A stretch of DNA of 64,000 bases from an uncultured Poribacteria bacterium (GCA_958296135.2 CATQHZ020000001.1:4384001-4448000), one strand, 5' to 3'; shown: positions 8,024-19,156, counted from the first letter of the stretch. Made by a program: numbers and translations. The notes: generated from the letters alone by a model not told the origin.

Positions 8024-10466
8024 ATCTAATCAAACGCTACGCGGCCATATTCATGACTGTCTCACCGTCTGCGATGAGGTTATCGCAAGGCGGGAACCGT
8101 TCCTGCGCCAATTTTGTCTGCGGTACGGTTGTAGTTGGGAAGAAGTGCGCCAATGCCTTCGTTTCGCTGTGTGGTTCCACGACATCGGAAAGGCTTCTGA
8201 CGAGTGGCAGGCCTATATCCGAAATAACGGCGGCCGGATCACGCACGCGCTTCCCTCTTTTGGCATAGGACTTATGGCGAGTAACCCACCTCGTCCTTTT
8301 GATAACAGTCCCCGTTATGCCGCCTTGCTCGCTATCCTCGCACACCACGGGCAACTTCACAAAGATGCCTTCCGGGAAGACAACTACCGGTGGCAAAACG
8401 TCACTTTGCCGGTTGATTACATCAACGCGCATTTCAACGTCTTCCGCGAGTTTGAACCTAATTTTCCTCTTAACCCTTGGGGGCTCAATTCGCTCCGACT
8501 TGGGAAAGTTTGTAAGGCGATAACTTACCTCAAATCAGAGATTCATCAGCAGGGGAATCTTCGGTTTAAGGCTCTTTATTCGCTCATGCTGAATGTGCTA
8601 ACCGCCTCGGATGGATACGCTAGCGGCAATTCTCCTGACGGTGGCACACCGCAGAATCCGCGAGCGACGAACCTAACACGTGAGGAACTCTCTGGTATTC
8701 ACAACCTGTTCCCGCTTTACGATAACGCACCGCTGAAGAATCTCCGGTTCGGTGCCGAACCAAACGACATGCAGCGGGAAATCGTTCAGCAACACTCAAT
8801 ACGGGTAATTTTAAACGCTGGCTGCGGCGAGGGCAAAACTGCCGCCGCGCTGCTTTTTGCCCAAAAGTTATTAAAGGAAAATCGCATCGACCGCGTTATC
8901 TTTACGCTTCCGACGAAATTCACGGCTAACAACCTCAGCCGAGATTTAACGGACAAAACGGACAAAAAGATGTATGCAATCCCCGAAGAACTCGTCGGTA
9001 TTACACACGGTGATGCGGCAGAGTTTCTTCGGCAACGCGCGCGAGAAAACAAGGAAGAGGAACAAGAAAACAGCGAAGACGAAACCGAAAACCTCATCAT
9101 GGCCCAGGTGTTTGAAAACAGCATCTATGCCAAACCGGTGACTATCTCCACCGTAGATCATCTCCTGATGAGCCTTTACCACGGTTACAAATTCGCAGAT
9201 CGTGCCTTCTCTAATGTCGCCTCTTCGCTGGTGGTTTTTGATGAAGTCCACTACTATGAAGAGCATACGATGGGTGCAATTGCTGAAGCCATGCGCCTGT
9301 TAACTGAATTGGAAATCCCGCACCTTGTGATGACTGCCACAATTCCCAGTGTCATTCATCAGGCGTTGGATAAACTGGTTCCAAGTCAACCTTACACATT
9401 TCAGCGCGCACCGGCGGTTATATCGGGCACTACCGAGCCCAAAACGCCGTTTGAAATTGAGCGGTTTTCCGAAACTTTCATTAACGAAAACCGCGAAGTC
9501 TCGCCTGAACTGCTCGAACATGTGGAGCGGCACCTTGATCGGCGGCAGATTATTTTTGTCAACCAGGTCGCGCGTGCGAAGCAGCTCTACCGCGCCTTGG
9601 AAAATGCCGGAACTGACGAAAATCTCATCTGCTATCATTCCGGTTTCATTAGCAAACACCGCAACGAAAAGGAGCGGATTATCCGCGCCCTCTTTAAACC
9701 TTCTGAAAAGCGCGAGCGAGAAGAAGTTTCGGCATTGGAAGCCTCCGGGTTTCAAAACAGTGAACCGTGCATTCTCGTCTCAACCCAAGTGAGCGAACTC
9801 AGTCTTGACATTAGCGCGGATGTGATGTTTTCAGAAATCGCGCCGATTGATTCGATTGTACAGCGCGGCGGTCGACTCCACCGAAAAGGGGAATACCCGC
9901 GCGCCGGTGACAACGTCTATCGGATGTATGTTGCACCACCTTACGATGACGAAAGGGGGTGTCTGCCTTATAAGCCTGAGATTTTGCAACGTTCTTGGGA
10001 GACGCTTGGACACCGTTATACCTTTCAAAACGCTTGTGAGTGGGTTAACGCAGTCTACACTGACTCTCTCCGGCTCATGCACCATGAACTTTCAAAAGCG
10101 ATTCTCACCGATCTGGTCTTCGGCAAAAAACCGCAAGACAATTACGGTGAGGATATCGCGGAAGAAGGGCACGTTGTCATTCGCTTGCCGAAATACCAAA
10201 CTTACGATGTCGTGCCTTGGAAATTTGTGGATGTCGTTAAACAGGATTATCGGAATTACAAGGCACACCACCTCAGCATTTCGGAAGGGGCATTTCGCTT
10301 TGCCACTAGTCAACGTAAAATTTTGCAGCGGAAAGCAAAGCAACAACTGACGAACCGCAGGGGAAACACGCGAGAGATTGAGCTTCCTTTTAACGCTATC
10401 CACGCCCGTTACACCTTTGAAGTGGGGCTTGAACTTGACGAGGAAGCTATCTCAAATCTTCAGTAG
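8007..10466 (+). CDS. cas3: Cas3 HD nuclease-helicase
   Basis: HD domain (H..., FHDIGKA, HHG, ASD) plus SF2 motifs GCGEGKT, FDEVH, MTAT, STQVSELSLDI, QRGGRLHR. Confidence 0.95.
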   Translation: MEILGKSNQTLRGHIHDCLTVCDEVIARREPFLRQFCLRYGCSWEEVRQCLRFAVWFHDIGKASDEWQAYIRNNGGRITHALPSFGIGLMASNPPRPFDNSPRYAALLAILAHHGQLHKDAFREDNYRWQNVTLPVDYINAHFNVFREFEPNFPLNPWGLNSLRLGKVCKAITYLKSEIHQQGNLRFKALYSLMLNVLTASDGYASGNSPDGGTPQNPRATNLTREELSGIHNLFPLYDNAPLKNLRFGAEPNDMQREIVQQHSIRVILNAGCGEGKTAAALLFAQKLLKENRIDRVIFTLPTKFTANNLSRDLTDKTDKKMYAIPEELVGITHGDAAEFLRQRARENKEEEQENSEDETENLIMAQVFENSIYAKPVTISTVDHLLMSLYHGYKFADRAFSNVASSLVVFDEVHYYEEHTMGAIAEAMRLLTELEIPHLVMTATIPSVIHQALDKLVPSQPYTFQRAPAVISGTTEPKTPFEIERFSETFINENREVSPELLEHVERHLDRRQIIFVNQVARAKQLYRALENAGTDENLICYHSGFISKHRNEKERIIRALFKPSEKREREEVSALEASGFQNSEPCILVSTQVSELSLDISADVMFSEIAPIDSIVQRGGRLHRKGEYPRAGDNVYRMYVAPPYDDERGCLPYKPEILQRSWETLGHRYTFQNACEWVNAVYTDSLRLMHHELSKAILTDLVFGKKPQDNYGEDIAEEGHVVIRLPKYQTYDVVPWKFVDVVKQDYRNYKAHHLSISEGAFRFATSQRKILQRKAKQQLTNRRGNTREIELPFNAIHARYTFEVGLELDEEAISNLQ

Positions 10467-10496
10467 GGCACACTTATGCAATAAAAGGAGCATCTC

Positions 10497-11006
10497 ATGC
10501 AAAACCCAAACCAATCCCACATCACCGGCACCGCCATCAACTACCTCTATATTTGCGAACGCAAACTTTGGTTCTTTCAGAACCACCTTGAAATGGAGCA
10601 TACGTCCGAATATGTCGACATCGGGCAGCTCCTGCACGAGGACACCTACCCGCGCGAGAAACGGCGGGAATGGCTCATCGATGGCATGGTTCGCATCGAC
10701 TTTGTCGATAAGGACGGCATCCTTCACGACATCAAATCCGGTCCCGCGATGGAGACAGCGCATGTCATGCAACTCTGTTATTACCTCTATCTGCTTAAGA
10801 AGAAAGGTGTCACCGACCGGAAGGGGGTTATCAATTACCCGCGCCAACGTCGAACTACCGAGGTAGAACTCACCGCCGATAGAGAGCGCGAACTGGAGGC
10901 TGCCATCGAGAAAGTCACCCAGATTGCAGCGATGCCCACTCCGCCTCGCGCAGACTATATGAAAATCTGCAAGTCCTGCAGTTATCAGGAACTCTGTTGG
11001 AGTTAA
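10497..11006 (+). CDS. cas4: Cas4
   Basis: YLYICERKLW, RIDF, DIK, QLCYY, C-terminal CKSCSYQELC Fe-S cysteines. Confidence 0.95.
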   Translation: MQNPNQSHITGTAINYLYICERKLWFFQNHLEMEHTSEYVDIGQLLHEDTYPREKRREWLIDGMVRIDFVDKDGILHDIKSGPAMETAHVMQLCYYLYLLKKKGVTDRKGVINYPRQRRTTEVELTADRERELEAAIEKVTQIAAMPTPPRADYMKICKSCSYQELCWS

Positions 11007-11017
11007 GGGAGGAACTT

Positions 11018-12013
11018 ATGTCCCGCAATTACTACATCACGCAACCCGGCCGATTGCGTCGGAAGGATAACACGCTCTATTTAGAGCCGGAGGCGGCACC
11101 GCGCATCCCTATCCCGGTGGAAGATATTGACGCGCTTTACCTCTACGGCGAACTCGACCTGAACACGAAACTGATGAACTTCTTGGCACAGAAGCACATT
11201 CCGTTTCACGTGTTCAACTACTACGGCTATTATTCCGGAAGTTACTATCCGCGGGAGTATCTCAACTCCGGCTCGCTCCTCGTCAAACAGGTGCAGCACT
11301 ACGAAAAACGCGAGAAACGGATGGAGCTCGCACGGGAGTTCGTCGCATCCGCCGTCTTCAATATCCTGAAAATCCTCCGGTATCATACAAACCGAGGAAA
11401 GGATTGCGCCGCCCAAATTGAGGAGATTGAGAAAATCGCTGCCGACAGCCGCGCGGCGAAAAACACGAACGAATTGATGGGATACGAGGGGCTCATCCGC
11501 GATACCTATTACACCGCTTTCAACACGATTCTGACGTTGAAAACGCCGTTTGAGAAACGGGTGCGCCGTCCCGCGGACAATCCGATTAACACCGCTATCT
11601 CCTTCGGAAACTCAATGATGTATGCGGCGTGTCTCACCGAAATCTACCGGACGCAACTCAACCCGACAATCAGTTTTCTGCACGAACCGGGCGACAGACG
11701 CTTTTCCCTCAGCCTCGATCTCGCCGAAATTTTCAAACCGCTCATCGTTGACCGGATTATTTTCCGCTTGTTCAACCGTGGGCAACTCAACGAGGCGAAA
11801 CATTTTGAGACAGAAGTGGGGGCCTGCTATCTCAATGAAAAGGGACGAAAGTTGTTCATCGCAGCGTTCGATGAGCAATTGAAACAGACGATCGCGCATC
11901 GGAAACTGAAGCGCAAAGTCTCCTATCAGCGGCTTATCCGTCTGGAGTGTTACAAACTCATCAAGCACCTCGTCCGGATGGAGCCGTATCAGGCACTTCG
12001 GCCGTGGTGGTAG
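11018..12013 (+). CDS. cas1: Cas1, type I-B
   Basis: LRRKDNTL, FNYYGYYSGSYYPRE, NPINTAISFGN, FLHEPG, LDLAEIFKP. Confidence 0.97.
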   Translation: MSRNYYITQPGRLRRKDNTLYLEPEAAPRIPIPVEDIDALYLYGELDLNTKLMNFLAQKHIPFHVFNYYGYYSGSYYPREYLNSGSLLVKQVQHYEKREKRMELAREFVASAVFNILKILRYHTNRGKDCAAQIEEIEKIAADSRAAKNTNELMGYEGLIRDTYYTAFNTILTLKTPFEKRVRRPADNPINTAISFGNSMMYAACLTEIYRTQLNPTISFLHEPGDRRFSLSLDLAEIFKPLIVDRIIFRLFNRGQLNEAKHFETEVGACYLNEKGRKLFIAAFDEQLKQTIAHRKLKRKVSYQRLIRLECYKLIKHLVRMEPYQALRPWW

Positions 12014-12081
12014 AGAGTGCATCTTGGGTGCATCGGGGAGCGTCTTCCGGCGCGCGCCCGCTATTAGAGAGGTGAAACATC

Positions 12082-12345
12082 GTGTATATCATTCTCGTTT
12101 ACGACATTGAAGTCGCACGCGTTGCGAAAGTCTGCAAGTATTTGCGGCAGCACCTCAACTGGGTGCAAAACTCGGTTTTTGAGGGATACTTAACCAAGGC
12201 GCAGTTAGCGCGCGTCAAATCCGGGTTAGCGTCACTCACAGAACCTGAAAAGGACTCCGTGATCCTCTACCAGTTGCGCGATGCAAGGTGGATGGACAAG
12301 GAGGTGATGGGATTAGACAAGAATCCTGCGACGAACCTGCTCTAA
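12082..12345 (+). CDS. cas2: Cas2
   Basis: YIILVYDI, WVQNSVFEG, DSVILY; 87 aa after cas1. Confidence 0.96.
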   Translation: MYIILVYDIEVARVAKVCKYLRQHLNWVQNSVFEGYLTKAQLARVKSGLASLTEPEKDSVILYQLRDARWMDKEVMGLDKNPATNLL

Positions 12346-12603
12346 GCAAGGTTTCGGCCGGAATCTGCGGATTGCATTCTGCTGTCGACCTGGTGTGAGA
12401 GGCGGTTTCTTAGGTTGATTGCATGCGCTAATTTCGGAGAAAAGTGCCGATAGATGCGTGTGTTACCGAAGTCCGTCGACCTCCTGGGGAATTGTCACTA
12501 CTGCCGGTCGCCAGCAACTCACCTAGCGAAATAAAAAAAATGGAAATTAACTTGACAAGTACCGCAGGGATGTGGTATCATATATATGCTGTCTGCGGAT
12601 AGC
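12346..12603 (+). promoter_or_regulatory. CRISPR leader with promoter
   Basis: Two GTCGACC motifs (12384, 12475), A-tract, TTGACA(12552)-18 nt-TATCAT(12576) directly before repeat 1. Confidence 0.8.
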
Positions 12604-15600
12604 CTTTTAATCGCACCAGTTTGGAATTGAAACCGTGTTGCCGAATGAGTAGATAGACGTGTTCCAGAGAGCTTTTAATCGCACCAGTTTGGAATTGAAA
12701 CTATCTACCGCAGGAGTAGGTCGGTCTGTGACCTATTCCCCTTTTAATCGCACCAGTTTGGAATTGAAACGGTTTGAATTAGAACCACGTTTAGATGAGG
12801 ATTTCCGCCTTTTAATCGCACCAGTTTGGAATTGAAACCAGCGATACGAGGATATCGGCAAGGTCATTCAGGCTTTTAATCGCACCAGTTTGGAATTGAA
12901 ACAGTGGGGGCCACATAGCCCCCGCCAAAGCAAAATCCTTTTAATCGCACCAGTTTGGAATTGAAACAAGGTCGCAGACACGGTGGCTCCGAAACCGCAA
13001 CTGACTCTTTTAATCGCACCAGTTTGGAATTGAAACACCGGCAACGCCGATTTTGTAAAAACAGCGGCGACTTTTAATCGCACCAGTTTGGAATTGAAAC
13101 CTTACTATGACATATATTATACCACATTTTGAAGCAAAAGCTTTTAATCGCACCAGTTTGGAATTGAAACTTTGCCCTCAGCAACAAGTAACGCTGTATC
13201 GGCATCGCTTTTAATCGCACCAGTTTGGAATTGAAACTCGAAACCTTCCTGCGTAGGTATCGGTAGCACGCGGGCGCTTTTAATCGCACCAGTTTGGAAT
13301 TGAAACTGGAATGTGTGCTAACCTCAAATTATTCCGATGAAGTCCTTTTAATCGCACCAGTTTGGAATTGAAACACAGTCTGCTCCCCGATGCTGAACAG
13401 CGTGTCTATCTTCTTTTAATCGCACCAGTTTGGAATTGAAACAATAAAACTGCAGGTCTCGGTTTTCAACATGCGCGAGCCTTTTAATCGCACCAGTTTG
13501 GAATTGAAACTGTTCATGGGCTTCAGCCCGGGCGCGATTACACCTACAACTTTTAATCGCACCAGTTTGGAATTGAAACGGTAGCCACTGTGGCATGACG
13601 CATCAGCACATTTTCGTCGGCTTTTAATCGCACCAGTTTGGAATTGAAACATTGATATTACCGCATCAATTTAAACTGTCACTTGTCTTTTAATCGCACC
13701 AGTTTGGAATTGAAACAGGCGCATCAGTCTCTCAAAGACTGATACCTCTTTCTCCTTTTAATCGCACCAGTTTGGAATTGAAACCAGATTGCCCAGTGCG
13801 TGAGCGTTGCGACGGTGTAGCTTTTAATCGCACCAGTTTGGAATTGAAACGCGCGTTTTCCTTTCACGCTGTCTTTCCGGAACGTCAACTTTTAATCGCA
13901 CCAGTTTGGAATTGAAACACTTGAAGTGGTCAATCAGAATAACTGGAGATATCCTTTTAATCGCACCAGTTTGGAATTGAAACGATGGCTTCTTCGATCC
14001 GCTCGCGCTCTTCGCGGACGCTTTTAATCGCACCAGTTTGGAATTGAAACATGCGGCTGCCAGCCAACCCACGCGCCCTTTTCTCCACCTTTTAATCGCA
14101 CCAGTTTGGAATTGAAACATGGCGAGTAGGCACGCATCAACTATATCGTGATAGCCTTTTAATCGCACCAGTTTGGAATTGAAACTTCAGGCACGCATCA
14201 ACTATATCGTGATAGCCGCGCTCCTTTTAATCGCACCAGTTTGGAATTGAAACTGCTTTGGACCGTATGTCAAATTCATTATCAATGACCCTTTTAATCG
14301 CACCAGTTTGGAATTGAAACATGGCTGATCTGACCAAATCTCGCAGGTATAATTCCCCTTTTAATCGCACCAGTTTGGAATTGAAACTTTGGACGATAGG
14401 TTGTCTTCATTTATCGCGCACTTTTAATCGCACCAGTTTGGAATTGAAACCGAGGCGACAGGGTGTTGACTTGCCTGGCTCTGCCAAAACTTTTAATCGC
14501 ACCAGTTTGGAATTGAAACCTTTTCTGCGAGCGCGGGTTCGGCATCGAGCGCGGCGACTTTTAATCGCACCAGTTTGGAATTGAAACATTCAACGTTGAG
14601 AGCATCAAGCTTGTTCTGATGCTCTTTTAATCGCACCAGTTTGGAATTGAAACCTCTGTATGACCGAGGTCAGGGACTTCCTGCTTCCTTTTAATCGCAC
14701 CAGTTTGGAATTGAAACTCCAGCACGGCTAGCATTGCAGCGGGGCAACGGGCCTTTTAATCGCACCAGTTTGGAATTGAAACCACTCTCAAACGCCGCCT
14801 TTAAACAGCGCGCCGCCTGCTTTTAATCGCACCAGTTTGGAATTGAAACGCACGCGAGGCGATGAACGAAGTCTTTCGCGCGCATGGCTTTTAATCGCAC
14901 CAGTTTGGAATTGAAACATGGGAAGGTTGGTGCGCCCGCCGTTATCGCCCTCAACTTTTAATCGCACCAGTTTGGAATTGAAACTTTTGAATGCCGCGCG
15001 GGCATCAAAATAGTATTTTTCACTTTTAATCGCACCAGTTTGGAATTGAAACGATAACCTCTTTCACATCCTCAATCATCGCCCGCGTATCTTTTAATCG
15101 CACCAGTTTGGAATTGAAACGTGAACACGGGGGAGAGTGATGGCATCATCTCATCCATCTTTTAATCGCACCAGTTTGGAATTGAAACAGAGAAGGCAGC
15201 CAGGTCGATAGACATAGAAATCCTCTTTTAATCGCACCAGTTTGGAATTGAAACATCCTTACGAGGGTGGAAAGAAACGCATTTGGGGACTTTTAATCGC
15301 ACCAGTTTGGAATTGAAACCGGGTAAGGGCGGAGTCTAGTCTCCGCCGGTCTCAAGTCTTTTAATCGCACCAGTTTGGAATTGAAACGATGCAATTGCTA
15401 CGGAGGCGGGTCCCTCGGTAGACTTTTAATCGCACCAGTTTGGAATTGAAACACTGGAGTGATTAGCCTTCTTCCAAGAGCCAATCGGCTTTTAATCGCA
15501 CCAGTTTGGAATTGAAACACTTTTTTCATGCCGCTTGCATCCTGGTCGACTTCAAACTTTTAATCGCACCAGTTTGGAATTGAAACACTAGCAGGAATGT

Positions 15601-17380
15601 CCTTTTGCCACTTGCCGTCAGACTTTTAATCGCACCAGTTTGGAATTGAAACTCTTATTTTCCGGAAGAGGCGCGGTATGTCGGGTTCGACTTTTAATCG
15701 CACCAGTTTGGAATTGAAACCGCGAAGATCTTCAGACTCCTTCGAGTTCTGCTCCGCCTTTTAATCGCACCAGTTTGGAATTGAAACTTGCAGAGAGAAT
15801 GAAGACGTTGATTTTGCAAAAGCACTTTTAATCGCACCAGTTTGGAATTGAAACCCAGCGAGCACAGACAACCTACCGGAAACCAGCGTAGCTTTTAATC
15901 GCACCAGTTTGGAATTGAAACTCTCGCTAGCGAGGCGATGAAGCGAGGCGAATTCACTTTTAATCGCACCAGTTTGGAATTGAAACCTACAGCAGAGAGG
16001 CGTATGTCGACAGCACACTATACACTTTTAATCGCACCAGTTTGGAATTGAAACTTGAAGTATGAGGCATCTATAGTTGAGCCTTGTCGAACCTTTTAAT
16101 CGCACCAGTTTGGAATTGAAACGAGATCATCGTCTCTCTCGAAGTATTCGAGCATAGAGACTTTTAATCGCACCAGTTTGGAATTGAAACGTGCATGAGG
16201 GGGTTGCGGCACCTACTGATAATCTTTTAATCGCACCAGTTTGGAATTGAAACATTTGCCCAAGTGGGATACAGAGAACGCCGTTGCCTTTTAATCGCAC
16301 CAGTTTGGAATTGAAACACATTAGCGAGACATCGATGCTGGCATGCCTCGCTTACTCTTTTAATCGCACCAGTTTGGAATTGAAACCTGCCAAGCGAGGC
16401 ATTACCGATTTGCCGCTCAGCCTTTTAATCGCACCAGTTTGGAATTGAAACAGGTGAACTTGATGCGACTGAACCTAATCGGAGATACTTTTAATCGCAC
16501 CAGTTTGGAATTGAAACAAAAAGCACCGCGTAAAACTTCTTCTTTCTCATGTTACTTTTAATCGCACCAGTTTGGAATTGAAACTTCGGTATTGGCTTAA
16601 CATCTTCTCACTCCTTAGCCTTTTAATCGCACCAGTTTGGAATTGAAACCTTCGAGCTGCATCATAAGGTCTTGAGCACTTAACTTTTAATCGCACCAGT
16701 TTGGAATTGAAACTTACCTGCGGCGACTCAGGATGCGACAACGATTGCTTTTAATCGCACCAGTTTGGAATTGAAACTTCTCTTCTGCCCACTCTAAATA
16801 GTCAAAGCGATTTCTTTTAATCGCACCAGTTTGGAATTGAAACGATATCTTTTCCAAGCGTGCGGGTAATCCTTATGCGATGCTTTTAATCGCACCAGTT
16901 TGGAATTGAAACCTTGACACAGCCAGAAACGACACACAAGCCGCCGATGGCTTTTAATCGCACCAGTTTGGAATTGAAACTCTATTGGGGACGACTGGGT
17001 GCTTTCAGGAGCAACAACCTTTTAATCGCACCAGTTTGGAATTGAAACCCTTATCACATTCCCGCAACGGTGCCAGCACGTCTGCCACTTTTAATCGCAC
17101 CAGTTTGGAATTGAAACTGTCGCCATCATCAGTAATGCGAAGGAATTCGGTTTCTTTTAATCGCACCAGTTTGGAATTGAAACAGATTATCAGGATACAA
17201 CCACGATTGAAATAACGCTTTTAATCGCACCAGTTTGGAATTGAAACTCCTTCATCTGTTGAATGAAGTCCTCTGCAGAGGCGAACTTTTAATCGCACCC
17301 GTTTGGAATTGAAACCTATCAAGAGCGCGGATTTACGATGAAAACGCTTGCTTTTAATCGCACCCGTTTGGAATTGAAAC
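12604..17380 (+). CRISPR. CRISPR array, 72 repeats / 71 spacers by manual count; repeat CTTTTAATCGCACCAGTTTGGAATTGAAAC (30 nt)
   Basis: Exact repeats with 33-41 nt spacers; last two repeats (17286, 17351) carry A>C (CACCCG); orientation supported by leader and 3' ATTGAAAC. Confidence 0.99.
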
Positions 17381-17516
17381 CGGATAGCCCAATGCTGCAA
17401 GCTACGTCTTAATGGAAACTCAAAAAAGTCAACACGCACCAATTAGGACAGCGGCGTTACTCTGTGGAAACCCCCGAAAACCGAAAACTAAATCCGCCTC
17501 CCTTCCCCATTTTTTC

Positions 17517-17545
17517 TTGACATCAAAACAAAAATCAACTAAACT
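17517..17545 (+). promoter_or_regulatory. sigma70-type promoter for the lipoprotein cluster
   Basis: TTGACA-17 nt-TAAACT. Confidence 0.55.
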
Positions 17546-17690
17546 ACCTCAATAATGCTCGCAAATCTACCAAAAAGTCATCGCTAACCGTAGGGCGAGG
17601 GAAACCCTCGGCGATTCGCGCTCGCCGGGCCCTCGCCGGGCCCGAAACTGTAAGGGCGGATATCTCTATCCGCTTGTTGGAGAAAAACCG

Positions 17691-18335
17691 ATGAAAACCT
17701 TCACTACGCTCAGCATCCTCATCCTGATCCTGGTCTCCGGCTGCACCAACACGCAATATCAAGAGATGCAACACGAACGCGATACCCTCATCGAGAATTA
17801 CGAAAACCTCCGGCGCGAACACGACAGCGGAACGCTTGAAACCGAAATCACCGATAAACTGCTCGGTACATGGAAATTCCTCAACCTCGAAGTCGAGGAG
17901 AACGATGTCACCGAAGAAGTCGCAACCGCAAAAGCCGCGCTCTACGCGCTCGATCTGCAGAATCTCACCCTCGTTTTTTTTGAGATGAACGAATCTTACT
18001 TCTACCGCGGCAAAAGAGGCACGACAGAATTCGCAGGACAGTTCAATATCACTACCGTCCGGTTTGGCGATGAACCGTTCCCATTCATTCGGTTCATCAG
18101 ACGCTCCGGCCCGCTGATGCCGCAGCTGCTCTTCGCCGTCGGGCCTGATGGAAAACCCCTCGGTCTCAAAGGCGCGTCCGGGTTCGCCGAGGCGAAGGCC
18201 GCCGAAATCGGCATCTCTGTCACGGACGACAGACTCTATTTACTGATGTATGGTAAGATGCAACTGAGTCCCGACGGCTGGGTGCAGAGCGGCGGACTCC
18301 AATGTTCCTTTGAACGCATCAAGGAGAATAAATGA
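17691..18335 (+). CDS. Lipoprotein, lipocalin-like beta-barrel paralogue 1
   Basis: Lipobox VSGC, LLGTWKF, DRLYLL...GW..GGLQCSFER shared with the next three genes. Confidence 0.75.
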   Translation: MKTFTTLSILILILVSGCTNTQYQEMQHERDTLIENYENLRREHDSGTLETEITDKLLGTWKFLNLEVEENDVTEEVATAKAALYALDLQNLTLVFFEMNESYFYRGKRGTTEFAGQFNITTVRFGDEPFPFIRFIRRSGPLMPQLLFAVGPDGKPLGLKGASGFAEAKAAEIGISVTDDRLYLLMYGKMQLSPDGWVQSGGLQCSFERIKENK

Positions 18336-19156
18336 TGAAAACCTTAGCCATCCTCAGCATGAAGGTGCTGCTCTTCACCAGCTGCGCCACCCTGCCAACC
18401 CAGGAACTTCAGCAAGAACGCGAAGGGCTCATCGAAGACCTGGGAGATGTCCGAGAACAATACTATCCGGACAAACTCAAGAACGCGATAAGAGAGCTGC
18501 TGCTCGGAAAATGGCAGTTTGTTTCCATAGAGGTCGAAGACGGTAGCATCAACAAGCAGAAGGCGAACCCGCAGGAAAGTGAATCGCCGACAGATGCCAA
18601 CGGACAAGTCACCACCCAGGAACAGCTGTCGGAAGACGACGCAATCCGGTTGCCCCCTGTCAAGGTAACGGACAACCCCGCCAGTCAAAACATCGCAGCG
18701 GCGAAGGCGGCACTCGTCGCATCTACCCGCAAAAACCTGACGGTAGAATTTTTTGAGCGCGCCTCTTCCTACTATTATGCCGGTAAAAACGGAAGCACTG
18801 ATATCACCGGACAGTGTAACGTCACCACGATGCGCTTCGGGGATGAGTCCTATCCGTTTATTCGACTCCATCGACGCACCGGGATGGAAATGATGGAATT
18901 CTTATTCGGTTACGAACCGGTCAGGCATGCGCTGGCAAGGAGCAGACGCACCAGATTCGTCAAAAACTATGAGCGGGACGCGCGAGGCAACCGGCGGCTC
19001 CTAGCCAAATCCAGAGCTTTCCCAATCGCTTCAACGATGGGCATCGCGGTGACAGAAGACCGGCTCTATCTCATCGCGTATGGCGACATGGAATTAACGC
19101 CGAAAGGCTGGATGCGCACCGGCGGCCTCCGATGCACCTTCAAAAGAGTCAAATAA
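18332..19156 (+). CDS. Lipoprotein, lipocalin-like paralogue 2
   Basis: FTSC lipobox-like, LLGKWQF, DRLYLI, GGLRCTFKR. Confidence 0.75.
   Translation: MMKTLAILSMKVLLFTSCATLPTQELQQEREGLIEDLGDVREQYYPDKLKNAIRELLLGKWQFVSIEVEDGSINKQKANPQESESPTDANGQVTTQEQLSEDDAIRLPPVKVTDNPASQNIAAAKAALVASTRKNLTVEFFERASSYYYAGKNGSTDITGQCNVTTMRFGDESYPFIRLHRRTGMEMMEFLFGYEPVRHALARSRRTRFVKNYERDARGNRRLLAKSRAFPIASTMGIAVTEDRLYLIAYGDMELTPKGWMRTGGLRCTFKRVK

Noticed and set aside
4534-12081. Hidden mini-array or CreTA-like RNA in cas intergenic gaps
   Set aside because: No repeat-like sequence found in the short gaps at 4534-4597, 7296-7348, 10467-10496 or 12014-12081
13984-14020. Spacer 21 shares 14 nt (ccgctcgcgctctt) with 25865-25878; spacer 18 loosely resembles the same gene at peptide level
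   Set aside because: Too short and mismatched to support self-targeting
15189-15224. Spacer 39 shares atagaaatcct with the family E copy near 63805
   Set aside because: Only 11 nt, with no palindrome or anchor
12868-17442. ORFs containing FQFQTGAIK / FNRTSLELK
   Set aside because: Translations of the CRISPR repeat, not genes
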